Shown one piece after another: positions 54,784-64,000 of a stretch of DNA of 64,000 nucleotides. The notes under the pieces were generated by a model. The model was not told the DNA's origin. It saw only the letters and a list, made by a program, of their open reading frames with translations, and ran no database searches. Source of the DNA: Cyanidioschyzon merolae. Its lineage: Eukaryota. The stretch lies in the NCBI GenBank assembly GCA_000091205.1, contig AP006491.2; one strand, written 5' to 3'. Within the stretch, counting starts at the first letter, position 1. The number at the start of each line of letters is the position of its first letter. The position numbers and the translations under genes are program-made.

Positions 54784-57096
54784 GTGAACTGAGGTGTTGG
54801 CAAGAACAAGACTAAAAGTAAGAGCGTCTGCGAAAGTCCGCTGGGTGGAAGCCTCTGCCCACCGAGCGATCGAGAAAACTGCAAGAGGGATGCGGGCCTC
54901 CGTCGCGCTCTACCTGCACGCACCGACAACCGGGGCGGTGCTTCGCTAGACGAGCGGGTGGAGCAGCGGCGCGCTCGATGTCGCAACACACACAGACCAA
55001 AGCATGCTGTATCCGTTAAGCGCTAGGAATTTCGTATGCACGTTCAGATGCCAACATGTCGCGGGGTGGTAGAGTCGAATGCGCTGCTGGCCGGACGGCA
55101 CAGCATCGCCGCATGATCGCGGAAACGGCGACGGCCAGCAGCTTCAATCTGTAACCTGTCTCCGTTTTGATGAATTCGCGCCAACTTGCAACGAGTTTCT
55201 GTTCTCTTTAAGCCTATGATAGAACAAAACGGAACAGGTTGTCCAATTCGCAGGTACACGCAAAAATTCTGGGTCTCCTCCCGCTGCGATCAACGCTGGC
55301 ATTTTAGGGTATTATTCGGGGTCCGCTTCCTTTTCCTCTCTAGTCTCCGGTTCAAAATACGCTGGACTCTTCTGTCACTCCTGCGCCGTGCTCACCATTC
55401 GAAGGACGCTGATGGCAGCGTGAGAGCACCGATGTCGCTGGATATGGCTGTTGTCGACTCTTTCCATGAAGAGACGGGAGCAGCGGTCGACCTATCGCTT
55501 GCAATTCTCGGCTTTATACACAGCCTGTCGATGTGCGCTTCGCAGCGGTGATACAAGAATGTGGAGAGGTGATTCTACATGTCCACTACATGTCGTCCTC
55601 CGGGGGCCACTATGCGACATACGAATGCTTGCTTGATCGCTCGGTACATGGCCTTGACGGGTACAGAAGGCGCCGCTCGATGCCCCACGCCATAACCGTG
55701 CCCGATGCGGTTCGCGACGATCACGGGCTTCATCTGGAGGATGTCTTCGAACATTACTCCGGTCGCTGTACGTAGAAGCGCACACTGTTCAACTAGATTC
55801 AAGATCTGAGGAACGCGATGTTGTTCATGTTGCAGCGAGTACCGGAAAGAGAATGCGTGTTGGAGAATACGTCGAGAGATTGACATGCCTCTAGGTTCCA
55901 GTCGCGTCAATCGGCGACCTACGATTCAACGTTAGAGAGACAGCTGCGATAACACAAGCCGAGTCCGCGACCATTTTCGATGCAAAAAGAAACAACGGGA
56001 GTCTCTCGAAGCATAACTCGTGCGGCCTAACATGCTACTTCCGTCGAATGCCGCTCCGTAGCTTGCCAAAAAAAGACAAGGATTCGGCTCTCGATTCTCT
56101 GACGTGAGACGCTCGATGAACTTCCGCAACGCACTTGTAAAGAATGCGTCAAGGGGCGTTGTCTGCTTTTTTTCTTCGTCAGTCGTGCAATACGAATTGC
56201 AGCGCCCACGAGTTGCATTGAAAGACGTAGATAGAAAACTGAACTAATGCGAGATTTGAGCGTGCTACACGTAAGTAAAGAACAAGTCTGGAGGCTTTTT
56301 AGTACGCTTTGGGTAATCATATCGGTTCGTTTACGCACCCTTTCTCAAGCGCGTCATGAATCAGCTTGATTCCGGTGACCTAACGGATTCCGGTGCGAAC
56401 GAGTCGCAGGAGCCACTTCGCAAAGACAACCGAGAATCCTAAAAGTACCCACGAACCAGTACACTCGTAATAGTGCATGTCGTACGTCGAGGCTGTACAT
56501 CTAAGAAATATAGGTCGGAAAAATTCGAAAGATGGGAAGGAATCGAGCTGCTCCGTGTTTCATTCTAATCTGGCATGGCTGCAGCGGGGAATCGCTCACG
56601 GTTGCGTGCCTTGTATACGGCGCTCATCGTCAGCTGACATCGACACGTGCCCTATGACGACAGCGGCCTTGGCGCGGGCACGAGCTCGGGACCCTCTCGA
56701 CTATTCCTTGAAGGCATTCTCGCACAAGCAGGCAAGGTCCCCTGGCGTAGTGTCATCAGAGCATTCACTACGTATGCCGTGCGGTATGACGCAGGCGCTG
56801 CGACGTGCGTGCTCTGCCTGCGTTCCCCGAAATGCAGGCCGGGAGGCGCGCTCGCGGATCGCCAGTAGCAGCACAGCAGCGTCTCACCGTTGTTGTGCTG
56901 TCCAAATATATCTTATTTATTACATGATTGATCTCTAGCGTTCAGGCTGCATCGTTGCCGCCGTCGACCTCTTCGCCATAAAGGCGACCGCAACGCGCGA
57001 AACTCGGCCAGCACCCGCCAGGAGCTGCAGTCCCAGTAGCCGAATGCTGTCTCTTGATCGCTACTATCCAAACAAAAACAGTGGTCGTTTTTTCTG

Positions 57097-57687
57097 ATGC
57101 GCCAGCGCGGATCGTTCGTTCGTGGTGGAGCGTTCTCAGCGCGAGCGACAGGGCGCGGCCACGGCGGTGCAGGGCGCACTAGCCGTGCCGCAGATCCCGC
57201 GGACGCGGACCTCCTGTGCTTCGGAAGTTTCGTTCATGCCTGCGAAGGCGAACTTGTATACAAAGCGATCGTACCGGATAAAGTTCCGTATTTCAATGCG
57301 CCGATTTTTCTCGAGAACAAGGCGCAGATCGGACGCGTGGAGGAAGTTTTCGGTCAACTTAGTCAAGTTATGTTTAGCGTCAAACCTGTGCCGGGTGTAA
57401 TTCCTGAGAGCGTTCGGCCTGACGACCGAGTCTACATATCTAGCAATAAACTCCTACCCGCTGCTGTGTTTACCAAGAAGGGACAGCAGGGCAACGCCTC
57501 AGGTGGCGCAAAGGCGAAACAGCGCAGGCCACTGAGGACACCCGCGACCCGCGGCGGGCGTGGCGGCTCTCGGCCATATCGCGGACGCGGCGGTGCCATG
57601 AGCACTCGGGGTGCGGGCTTTCGTCGACCGTCGTCCAGCTTTAGTGGTGGTGGTGGTGGTATCTCAAAGCGCCCGTACCGCCGGTGA
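57097..57687 (+). CDS. GAR1: H/ACA snoRNP subunit GAR1.
   Basis: ATG at 57097. Core ...FVHACEGELVYKAIVPDKVPYFNAPIFLENKAQIGRVEEVFGQLSQVMFSVKP... closely parallels the GAR1 core ([49 protein letters not shown]). It is flanked by Gly/Arg-rich GAR tails. Confidence 0.85.
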   Translation: MRQRGSFVRGGAFSARATGRGHGGAGRTSRAADPADADLLCFGSFVHACEGELVYKAIVPDKVPYFNAPIFLENKAQIGRVEEVFGQLSQVMFSVKPVPGVIPESVRPDDRVYISSNKLLPAAVFTKKGQQGNASGGAKAKQRRPLRTPATRGGRGGSRPYRGRGGAMSTRGAGFRRPSSSFSGGGGGISKRPYRR

Positions 57688-58149
57688 TATGGTGAAGCGG
57701 GCTCGCGATGCGTCTGTCAAGAACGGCGCTCAGCGTCTGTGCGTATTCCACGTATGTGCCTGTGCCTGCCGTGCAATCCCTCGACGCATAGGATTTTGCG
57801 TGACAGGAAGCGTGCGGTCTCGGACAGGAAGCATCGACGCAGACGAGGAATATCTCCTTCTCTTACGCAGGACAGCTTCCCGAAGCATCCAGGACTCTTG
57901 TGGGGTCTGAGTTCCAGCACCCGCGATTCGACTTTGCGAACAGACCTCGACGTGTGTCTCGACACGAGCGGTGCGGTTGCACTGCTGATGCTGGTTGCTG
58001 AAACACGCGCTGTCCCAGTTGCTCGAGAATGCTCTCATTTACGCCTATCCATTTGATCGGTGATATACTCGATATGCCAGTGTTGCGCATTGTTCGGTGC
58101 GTTTTGCAGAATACCTTTCGAAACGTTCATGGAATTCGGGTTCACCTGA

Positions 58150-59924
58150 TCAACCACGGGCGATTCCTTCGACGAACTCGACAAGCGTACGAGTAGGAAC
58201 ACCTGTCGCCATGCTCTGCTTCTCATTCCACACGGTTCCCGCGATATCCAAATGTGCCCAGGGGACTTCCTTTTTCACAAATTCCTGAAGGAAGAGGGCG
58301 GCGATAATTGCCCCGCCCCATCGACCTCCTGTGATATTCTTGAGATCGCTAATTTTGCCCTTCAGTCCCTCGCGGTACTCAGGTGCAAGTGGCATACGCC
58401 AGACGCGCTCGCCGACAAGTTTGGCGGCAGAATCCAGCCGTGCGGCGATATCATCATGAGCGGTCCACATGCCCGAGTACTCCGTGCCGAGCGCGACAAT
58501 GCAGGCCCCGGTCAGCGTCGCAATGTCGACCAGGGCATCCAAGTTAGGAATATTCTGCTGGGCGTAGAGAAGTGCGTCCGCCAGCGTTAGGCGACCCTCG
58601 GCATCCGTATTCAACACTTCAATGGTTTTCCCATTGCTCGCCGTTAGAATGTCCCCGGGATGGTACGCTTTCCCCGAGATCATGTTTTCACAGCATGCCG
58701 TAATGACGGAAAGCTCTAAATTGGGCGGCTCCAATGCCATGATGGCCTTCATCGTGCCGAAGCAAGCCGCCGCGCCGCCGCAGTCGAACTTCATCAGTTC
58801 AATCATCGAGCCGGCGGTCTTGAGGTTGTAACCGCCAGTGTCATGCGTTATGCCCTTACCAACGAGACACACGCGCTTTTGAGTCTTTCCCGGTGTCACG
58901 ACGGGTGAGGTATATTTCATATGGATAAACTTGGGAGGGAGCTCAGAGCCCTGGGCAACTCCTAGAAAAGCGCCCATGCCGAGGCGCTCGCAATCCTCCT
59001 TCTCGAGGATGGTGCAGGTTATCGATCCTCGGGAGCTTTCGGCGAGGCTCCTTGCGGTTTCCGCGAAGAACTCCGGCGTCGCTACGTTTGGTGGCGCGTT
59101 CACGATCTCGCGCGTGAGGATAACGCCGCTGGCCATCGCTTCGCCGCGCTTCACTGCGGTCTCGTCCGCACCGAGGAGATCGATGAAGGCACCGCTGGGT
59201 TTCGTTGCTGCGCCCTTTGTCGCGCCGTCCTCTTCCTCCGATGAACGGAATCGATCATCGGTAAAAGCTGCGAGCAGAACGGCTTCCGCGAGGCGCTGCG
59301 TGAGTACTTCCGGCGCTAGCGATGCCTTTCCTTGCGGCGAAGCGATGACGACGCCCAAACGATCCGGTTGGGAGCTGTCGGATTTCAACTGCGTGCTCAC
59401 AAAGGCACCAAACTGTTCAAAATATCAGTGTTGAAGTCGTCGTCCTTTCCAAGACAGTAAACGGCCACGCGCCGCACTCGCACGGTGATGGTATTGCTAT
59501 CTCCCAGCACCAGGAGGTGTGTTGTGACAGAGCTTCCGGACTTTAACCTCGGCTCCGCGTCTTCAACGAGCTTTTTCACGATTCGAGCAAGATCTGGGCC
59601 CAGTAAACGATTCGCCCGTTCAGAAAGCTCGTATATCGTGGCACCAGTTCCGCCGCTGGCACTGGATGCACTGCCAGCCGCAGCGCCACGGGTCAAGTCA
59701 GCCGAGAAGAGGCCAATGACCAAGGTTTCCCCTTCGAAGGCGTGCGAGCCCTCCGACGGCAGCGGTCTCGCTCTCAACGTCGGTAGTTGCCGTCGCTCGG
59801 ACGCCGGCCTCGGTCTCGTGGGTACAGTCATAGCCAGTGATCGGATAGGCGCAAATGGAAAGACGCTTCGCCGAGCAGCGGGACGCAAACGAGCTCTCTC
59901 CCAGCACGGCCCAGCCACAAACAA
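58150..59924 (-). pseudogene. M17 leucyl aminopeptidase split into two frames (N-domain ORF 59397..59924; catalytic-domain ORF 58150..59400). This is either a frameshift or an assembly error.
   Basis: The catalytic domain has ...NAPPNVATPEFFAE..., ...VCLVGKGITHDTGGYNLK..., and the signature NTDAEGRLTLADAL. The upstream ORF has an N-domain-like ...ETLVIGLFSADL...AVYCLGKDDD.... The two frames overlap without stops only across 59397..59424, which is too short for an intron. Confidence 0.7.
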
Positions 59925-60705
59925 ACAATTGCAGAGTGCGTCCCCTTTGGTGCTAGGGCGAAAACCAGCGATGAATTCCTGTCCGGAAGCAACGTTGCAA
60001 CAGGAAAGATAAACCTATTGAAACGAGTCGCTGCTTCATGGGAGCGATAGCTTCAGCAGCGGGCGCAGCTGCCTCCAGCGACGACGCCCTGGCGCGCATC
60101 GACGCGCTCTGTTGGCCGCGGCGTTGCAGCGCTGCTGCCGATCCGGCCGTCGGTTCGTGAAGGCGTTCCCGGGGGGGCGGTGCGCGCGGCGCGGCTGTGC
60201 AGCATCACCGCGATGCATTTCCCTAGGAGCGGGGCTAGTCGAGCGAGCCTGTGTGTGAACGGTGTATGCGGCTGTATACTTGTCGTGTGGTTGCTCTTTG
60301 ATAGGGTCGAACCGGTGTCGTGACAGTTGCTGGTACGGCTTTTCGTGCATTCGTTTTCGTGCAAAAGCACGGTCTGATTTGGCTCAATTCTCCTGCGTGC
60401 TGTGTGATCATAGGCAGTGAGCGTGCTGGAACGAGGCAGGGCAACGGAGGTGTAGCGCACGCGAGGCTGGGCGGTGTGCTCGGTGCAGCCGGCTCGATAC
60501 CCTGGGGTGGCGAAACTATTAAGCTGTTGGAGCACGGTTCTCTGTTCTGGACTATCCGAACGCACGCGGGAGCTGTCGGGCTCGAGCGGGAAACTTTTTG
60601 AGCTTGGGAACTGCGAAAATGGCCATACGGCTTTCCTGAACCTGTTGCAGTAGAAGTTTGTACTGAACGCAGTTGAAGCTTGAAACAGACATCGTTTCTA
60701 GCAGA

Positions 60706-61458
60706 ATGCGGTTTGCCTGCTGGGAGCGACTCCTCGCAAGCGCGAGACAGTCTGTGAACGTGCTTACGTCCGCTCGAGGTACGCGGTTTTGTCACAGACG
60801 TGCCTTCTCTGGACGCATGCCTGTCGGTTGGGACACAACGGCACGCAAGGCACTTGCGATGAACGACATGTTTATGAGGTTTCGTTTTCAGTATCGGAGT
60901 GGCGCTATGTACAGTTCCTTCTCGACATCACAAGGAGAAACCCTATTCAGTGCAGAGCGAGTTTCAGACGCAGCAGTCTGGCGACGACGTCTGGAGCAGC
61001 GTCGGCGCCGACAGTTTTACAGCGCGTTGGGCGGCGTTGTTGGCGCAGCGTTGATGACGTTCGCGGTGATAAAAACAATGGAAGACAGCATGATCTTCTT
61101 TTACACGCCGACGCAAGTATTGGAAGAATTGCCGCCAACAACTGCAAACAGACGGATGCGTCTGGGCGGGCTGGTTGTCAGCGGTAGCCTGCAGCGCCAT
61201 GGCAACGGAGATGTTGAATTTGAGATCACGGACTTGGAGAACGAAGTTCTTGTCACGTTTAATGGGTTTCTACCAGACTTGTTCCGCGAAGGTCAGAGCG
61301 CTGTGGTTGAAGGATATATTTTGGAGCGGGAGAACGATGGACGACCGCTGCGATTCAAGGCCACTAGCGTCCTTGCAAAACACGATGAGAAGTACATGCC
61401 GGCTCAGGTTCGCAGTATGCTGGAAAAGAACCGGCCGACTCGCAGTGACACGCCCTAG
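60706..61458 (+). CDS. ccmE: Cytochrome c-type biogenesis protein CcmE (system I heme chaperone) with an N-terminal presequence. The ORF track starts at 60673 with TTG; the first ATG is at 60706.
   Basis: TM anchor YSALGGVVGAALMTFAVI, then FFYTPTQVLE...RMRLGGLVVSGSLQR...FEITDLENEVLVTFNGFLPDLFREGQSAVVEGYIL...ATSVLAKHDEKYMPAQV. This is co-linear with bacterial and plant CcmE, including the heme-binding His in LAKHDExY. Confidence 0.85.
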   Translation: MRFACWERLLASARQSVNVLTSARGTRFCHRRAFSGRMPVGWDTTARKALAMNDMFMRFRFQYRSGAMYSSFSTSQGETLFSAERVSDAAVWRRRLEQRRRRQFYSALGGVVGAALMTFAVIKTMEDSMIFFYTPTQVLEELPPTTANRRMRLGGLVVSGSLQRHGNGDVEFEITDLENEVLVTFNGFLPDLFREGQSAVVEGYILERENDGRPLRFKATSVLAKHDEKYMPAQVRSMLEKNRPTRSDTP

Positions 61459-62082
61459 TGTCGACATCTCGCACTCCATGAAAGCTTAAATGCACAAGAG
61501 CACGGGAGAAGGAAGCAGCGTGAACCCCGAATGGTGAGCATTGCGTGCCGCTACTGGCGTTCTGCTGCTATGGAGCCAAATCCGCAGCCACGGAACCTAT
61601 TCCGGCTGCATCCTCTGAAACATATGTCGCTCACACAGCACTAGTTCTCAAGGAGAGGCCTGCGTCCTCAAACAGCGACAGCGCGTATTTTCTTAGAAAA
61701 CATCCGGACTTTCGACTGATCAGCACCGCGGGATCGCTGGCGAACTGCTGGTATTCTGCGCCCGGCTTGATCGTTATCAACTGCATCCGCAAATCTCTTT
61801 ATTCGATGTGACGCCATGCGTAGAGCAGTTTCAAATAGGAAACTTTGCGGATACCTAGAGTAAGCCGAAACTTGTTGGGCGTATTCGCGCAGAAAATAGC
61901 GGTATCCAATGCTTTCAGGGCTGTAATCTTTCAAGTGTTTCTCAGCGTGGCTTCAGAACGACAGGAATATGCAGGGCAAACGAATGATTAGGGTTGCAGA
62001 GCACAAGGAAAGGCCTCTGTGCTGTTTCCGCTGTGCGTGGATGCCTCGCGCACGGGCCATGCTTTCCGCGCCGACGCAAACA

Positions 62083-62574
62083 CTATCGTTCGTCGCGGGT
62101 CACCGCTGTCGCACTTGTTGGAGAAAACGGCGTATTTTCCTCGTCACGCACTGGAACCGAACGAACCACGTTTGGAATCGCTGGCGCGACGCTCCCAGAC
62201 GCAACAAACTTGATGGGAAACCTTCGAAAGGCTCCGCAAATTTTGCAGTGAAGCACTAGTCGTTGTCGGCGAACGCGTACAAACGTGTTTCTTCCAGGTT
62301 GGAAGATGCTGCCACAGCGCTTACAGGTGTGCCGCTTGACATTCTCACAGTCCAGTTGAAGGTTCACCCTCGTAGCGATCTTTCGCATGAGCAGCACATA
62401 CGAGCGCGAGACCGCCGATAGGCTCTGTTGCAACGCCCTGGCAGCGCGCCACAAGTGTGCGACTCGGGCTTCTGCATCCCGTGAACGAGTGTTTTTGTAG
62501 TTGTTCTGCTTGTTCTGCTTGTTCTGCTTGTTCTGCTTGTTCTTCTGGGATGAAGAAGAGCATTGCTTCGCCAT
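62083..62574 (-). CDS. RNase P/MRP protein subunit Rpr2/Rpp21 (zinc-ribbon) with an N-terminal (KQN)n repeat.
   Basis: ATG at 62574. ...VAHLWRAARAL...SRSYVLLMRKIATRVNLQL...KRHTCKRCGSIFQPGRNTFVRVRRQRLVLHCKICGAFRRF shows the Rpr2 pattern with two CxxC pairs. The N-terminal QKNKQNKQNKQNKQNN is encoded by the (CTTGTTCTG)5 9-bp tandem repeat at ~62500..62550. Confidence 0.55.
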   Translation of the reverse strand: MAKQCSSSSQKNKQNKQNKQNKQNNYKNTRSRDAEARVAHLWRAARALQQSLSAVSRSYVLLMRKIATRVNLQLDCENVKRHTCKRCGSIFQPGRNTFVRVRRQRLVLHCKICGAFRRFPIKFVASGSVAPAIPNVVRSVPVRDEENTPFSPTSATAVTRDER

Positions 62575-62767
62575 GCAGTGTCCCTACTGAGCGGACTAGA
62601 AGCGGCAGTTTTCAAAGCGTCGTTGGTGGTCACAGCGAAACGCTGTTCGAAAGTCGCACGTCGCCGACCGTGCACGGTAGTAGCGGGAAACGCGCGTTCG
62701 ACATAGCGTTTCCAGCTGACGTGTAGACGCCTCCCCGTCTTTCTCGACCGGCCACCGACTACTGGTT

Positions 62768-63997
62768 TCAACTTTTTCTCATATAGTTCCACTTTGAGAG
62801 GTTGCCCCACAAGTCCGCTCTTGTCGTCTCTGGAGGTCTTCTCTCCAGCACCGCACATCTCCTTACATTGATAGCGGCATTAAAGTCAAGATTCACGAAC
62901 TCCATACGTTTCTTGCCATCGTTCGTTGTACTTACTAGTGCAAGTAGCCCTCGCACTTTCGCCCTCCTTTCCATTTGCTCTTCGGTCAGCGGTCCGTACT
63001 TTTTTATATCCTCAGGGCTCCGCTGACACTTTTCCATCTCGACCCTTTGAAGTGTACATCCCAGTTCATGGTGTGTATAGGATGTTCGGAACTCATCTAC
63101 AGTTACTGTGACGAAACGCCATGCACACTCTTTGTACGTTCTTGTCGTTGGAGCTGGTGTAGTTCCTTTTTGGGTCATCAAGCGCCCTGCTCCGTACGCT
63201 ATTACAAGCCTCTGACTTTAATCCTCCTTCAAGGCGCTCAACTCATTGAAACAATTCACGAATGAACGCTGCTTCTGACAATACAAGTTCATACGCAGAC
63301 GAGCCCACCGGGGCTTTGTATACTCTTTCCACAGGGCATCCCAATGCGCCATGCGAACTTCCATGAATTTCCAAAAAGCATCAAGGTCCGCTCCTCGGCT
63401 CGTCACCTCGCTCAAAGCTTCCAGGTGCTCCTTCATTCCTGCATTCCATGTCTCAGTTTTTTTCCTTGCATTCATGATTTCCGATTCTCGATCGTATCTC
63501 GCTCTCGAGAAGCTCAAAATTCGCATGTCTTTCTGACGTAAGTTACCATCAGTATCATCTTCCACACGCCTGGGCAAAGCGATGGTTATGATATTTGTGT
63601 TTCCAGGGTCCGCGTCAACGACAAGGTCGTTATGCTCCACCTCCTGCGTCGCAAGTTCCGCTTCCTTCTTATCTTCATGCTTCGCCGCGGCAGCCATACA
63701 GTCGTTATCCTCCACTTTCTGTGTGGCAGGATCCGCCGTCTTCATATCTTCATGGTTCGCCGAGGACGGAACTGGACGATCTCTCTTCAACCGCCGATAG
63801 TGTATACACAAGGCTACTCCATCGGTTTCGATCAACCCAGTAAGTACCTTTTGTTTGCTGGCTTTGAGACGTTTGAAATCGAAGAGACTCTTCCAGTACG
63901 TCTCCCGGTTTTCACCGGAGAATTCCTCCCTGCTAACACTGAACTCCGGACTGATCCCCTTCATGATGCCGTAAAGGATTCTGGAGTCGACAGTCAC
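62768..63997 (-). mobile_element. TnpB/Fanzor-like RuvC-fold nuclease ORF (IS200/IS605 OrfB superfamily). It is truncated by the window edge and split by a frameshift, so it is probably a decayed transposon-associated gene.
   Basis: Downstream ORF 62768..63181 has RuvC-II-like ...VTVDEFRTSYTHH... (DE.[YF]TS, cf. TnpB EAYTSQxC) followed by RuvC-III-like ...VNLDFNAAINVRRC (D.NAAxNI). Upstream ORF 63218..63997 has a RuvC-I-like [16 protein letters not shown] followed by helical spacer segments in TnpB order. The frames differ between 63181 and 63218. The zinc-finger Cys pairs are degenerate. Confidence 0.5.
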
Positions 63998-64000
63998 AAA

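Noticed and set aside
55575-55910. 111-aa minus-strand ORF containing ...VIVANRIGHGYGVGHRAAPSVPVKAM....
   Set aside because: It has a faintly enzyme-like Gly-rich motif, but I cannot place it in a family. The adjacent minus-strand ORF 55492..55785 is in another frame. The support is too weak to call a CDS.
1-64000. Kinetoplastid (Trypanosoma/Leishmania) origin, suggested by intronless GC-rich genes.
   Set aside because: Genes alternate strands almost gene by gene instead of forming long co-directional polycistrons. The presence of CcmE (system I) also argues against kinetoplastids.

Overview
This 64 kb window is nuclear DNA from a GC-rich (~55%) eukaryote with few or no introns. Long uninterrupted ORFs alternate between strands roughly one gene at a time, which argues against the polycistronic clusters of kinetoplastids. 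All identifications below rest on motifs read by eye from the six-frame track; no database search was run.

Genes I can support:
- DNA polymerase alpha catalytic subunit (B-family motifs DFSSLYPSII, KLTANALYG, YGDTDS).
- PMS1/PMS2-type MutL homolog carrying the DQHA-type endonuclease motif.
- RHD3/Sey1-like GTPase.
- SNAP-25-type Qbc SNARE.
- Adenylate kinase 6 (Fap7).
- RMD5/MAEA-like GID/CTLH RING subunit.
- GT90 (CAP10/POGLUT-like) secreted glycosyltransferase.
- Class-3 (DAGL-like) lipase.
- SLX4-like protein (UBZ4 finger plus a C-terminal Slx1-binding-like tail).
- Bacterial-type RqcH/FbpA (NFACT-N plus NFACT-R) with a long N-terminal extension.
- Two convergent Mrs2/CorA Mg2+ transporter paralogs, one GMN and one SMN.
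- GAR1.
- M17 leucyl aminopeptidase, interrupted by a frameshift.
- Nuclear-encoded CcmE (system I cytochrome c maturation).
- Rpr2/Rpp21 RNase P subunit.

Repeats and unusual structure:
- At the window's right edge, a degenerate TnpB/Fanzor-like RuvC nuclease (OMEGA-type, transposon-associated) sits immediately upstream of the Rpr2 gene.
- A ~2.4 kb near-perfect inverted repeat flanks the convergent AK6/RMD5 pair.
- Two dispersed direct-repeat families are present: ~1.39 kb with copies 14.37 kb apart, and ~1.1-1.3 kb with copies ~16.2 kb apart carrying an expanding AT-rich/(CACGAG)n minisatellite.
- A head-to-head pair of small paralogous membrane/coiled-coil proteins lies at 12.6-13.7 kb.

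Nuclear CcmE together with a bacterial-type RqcH hints at a plastid-bearing, system-I lineage such as an intron-poor red alga; this is speculation. I could not reliably scan for tRNA or snoRNA genes by eye. The ORF track evidently allows non-ATG starts, so start coordinates are approximate.
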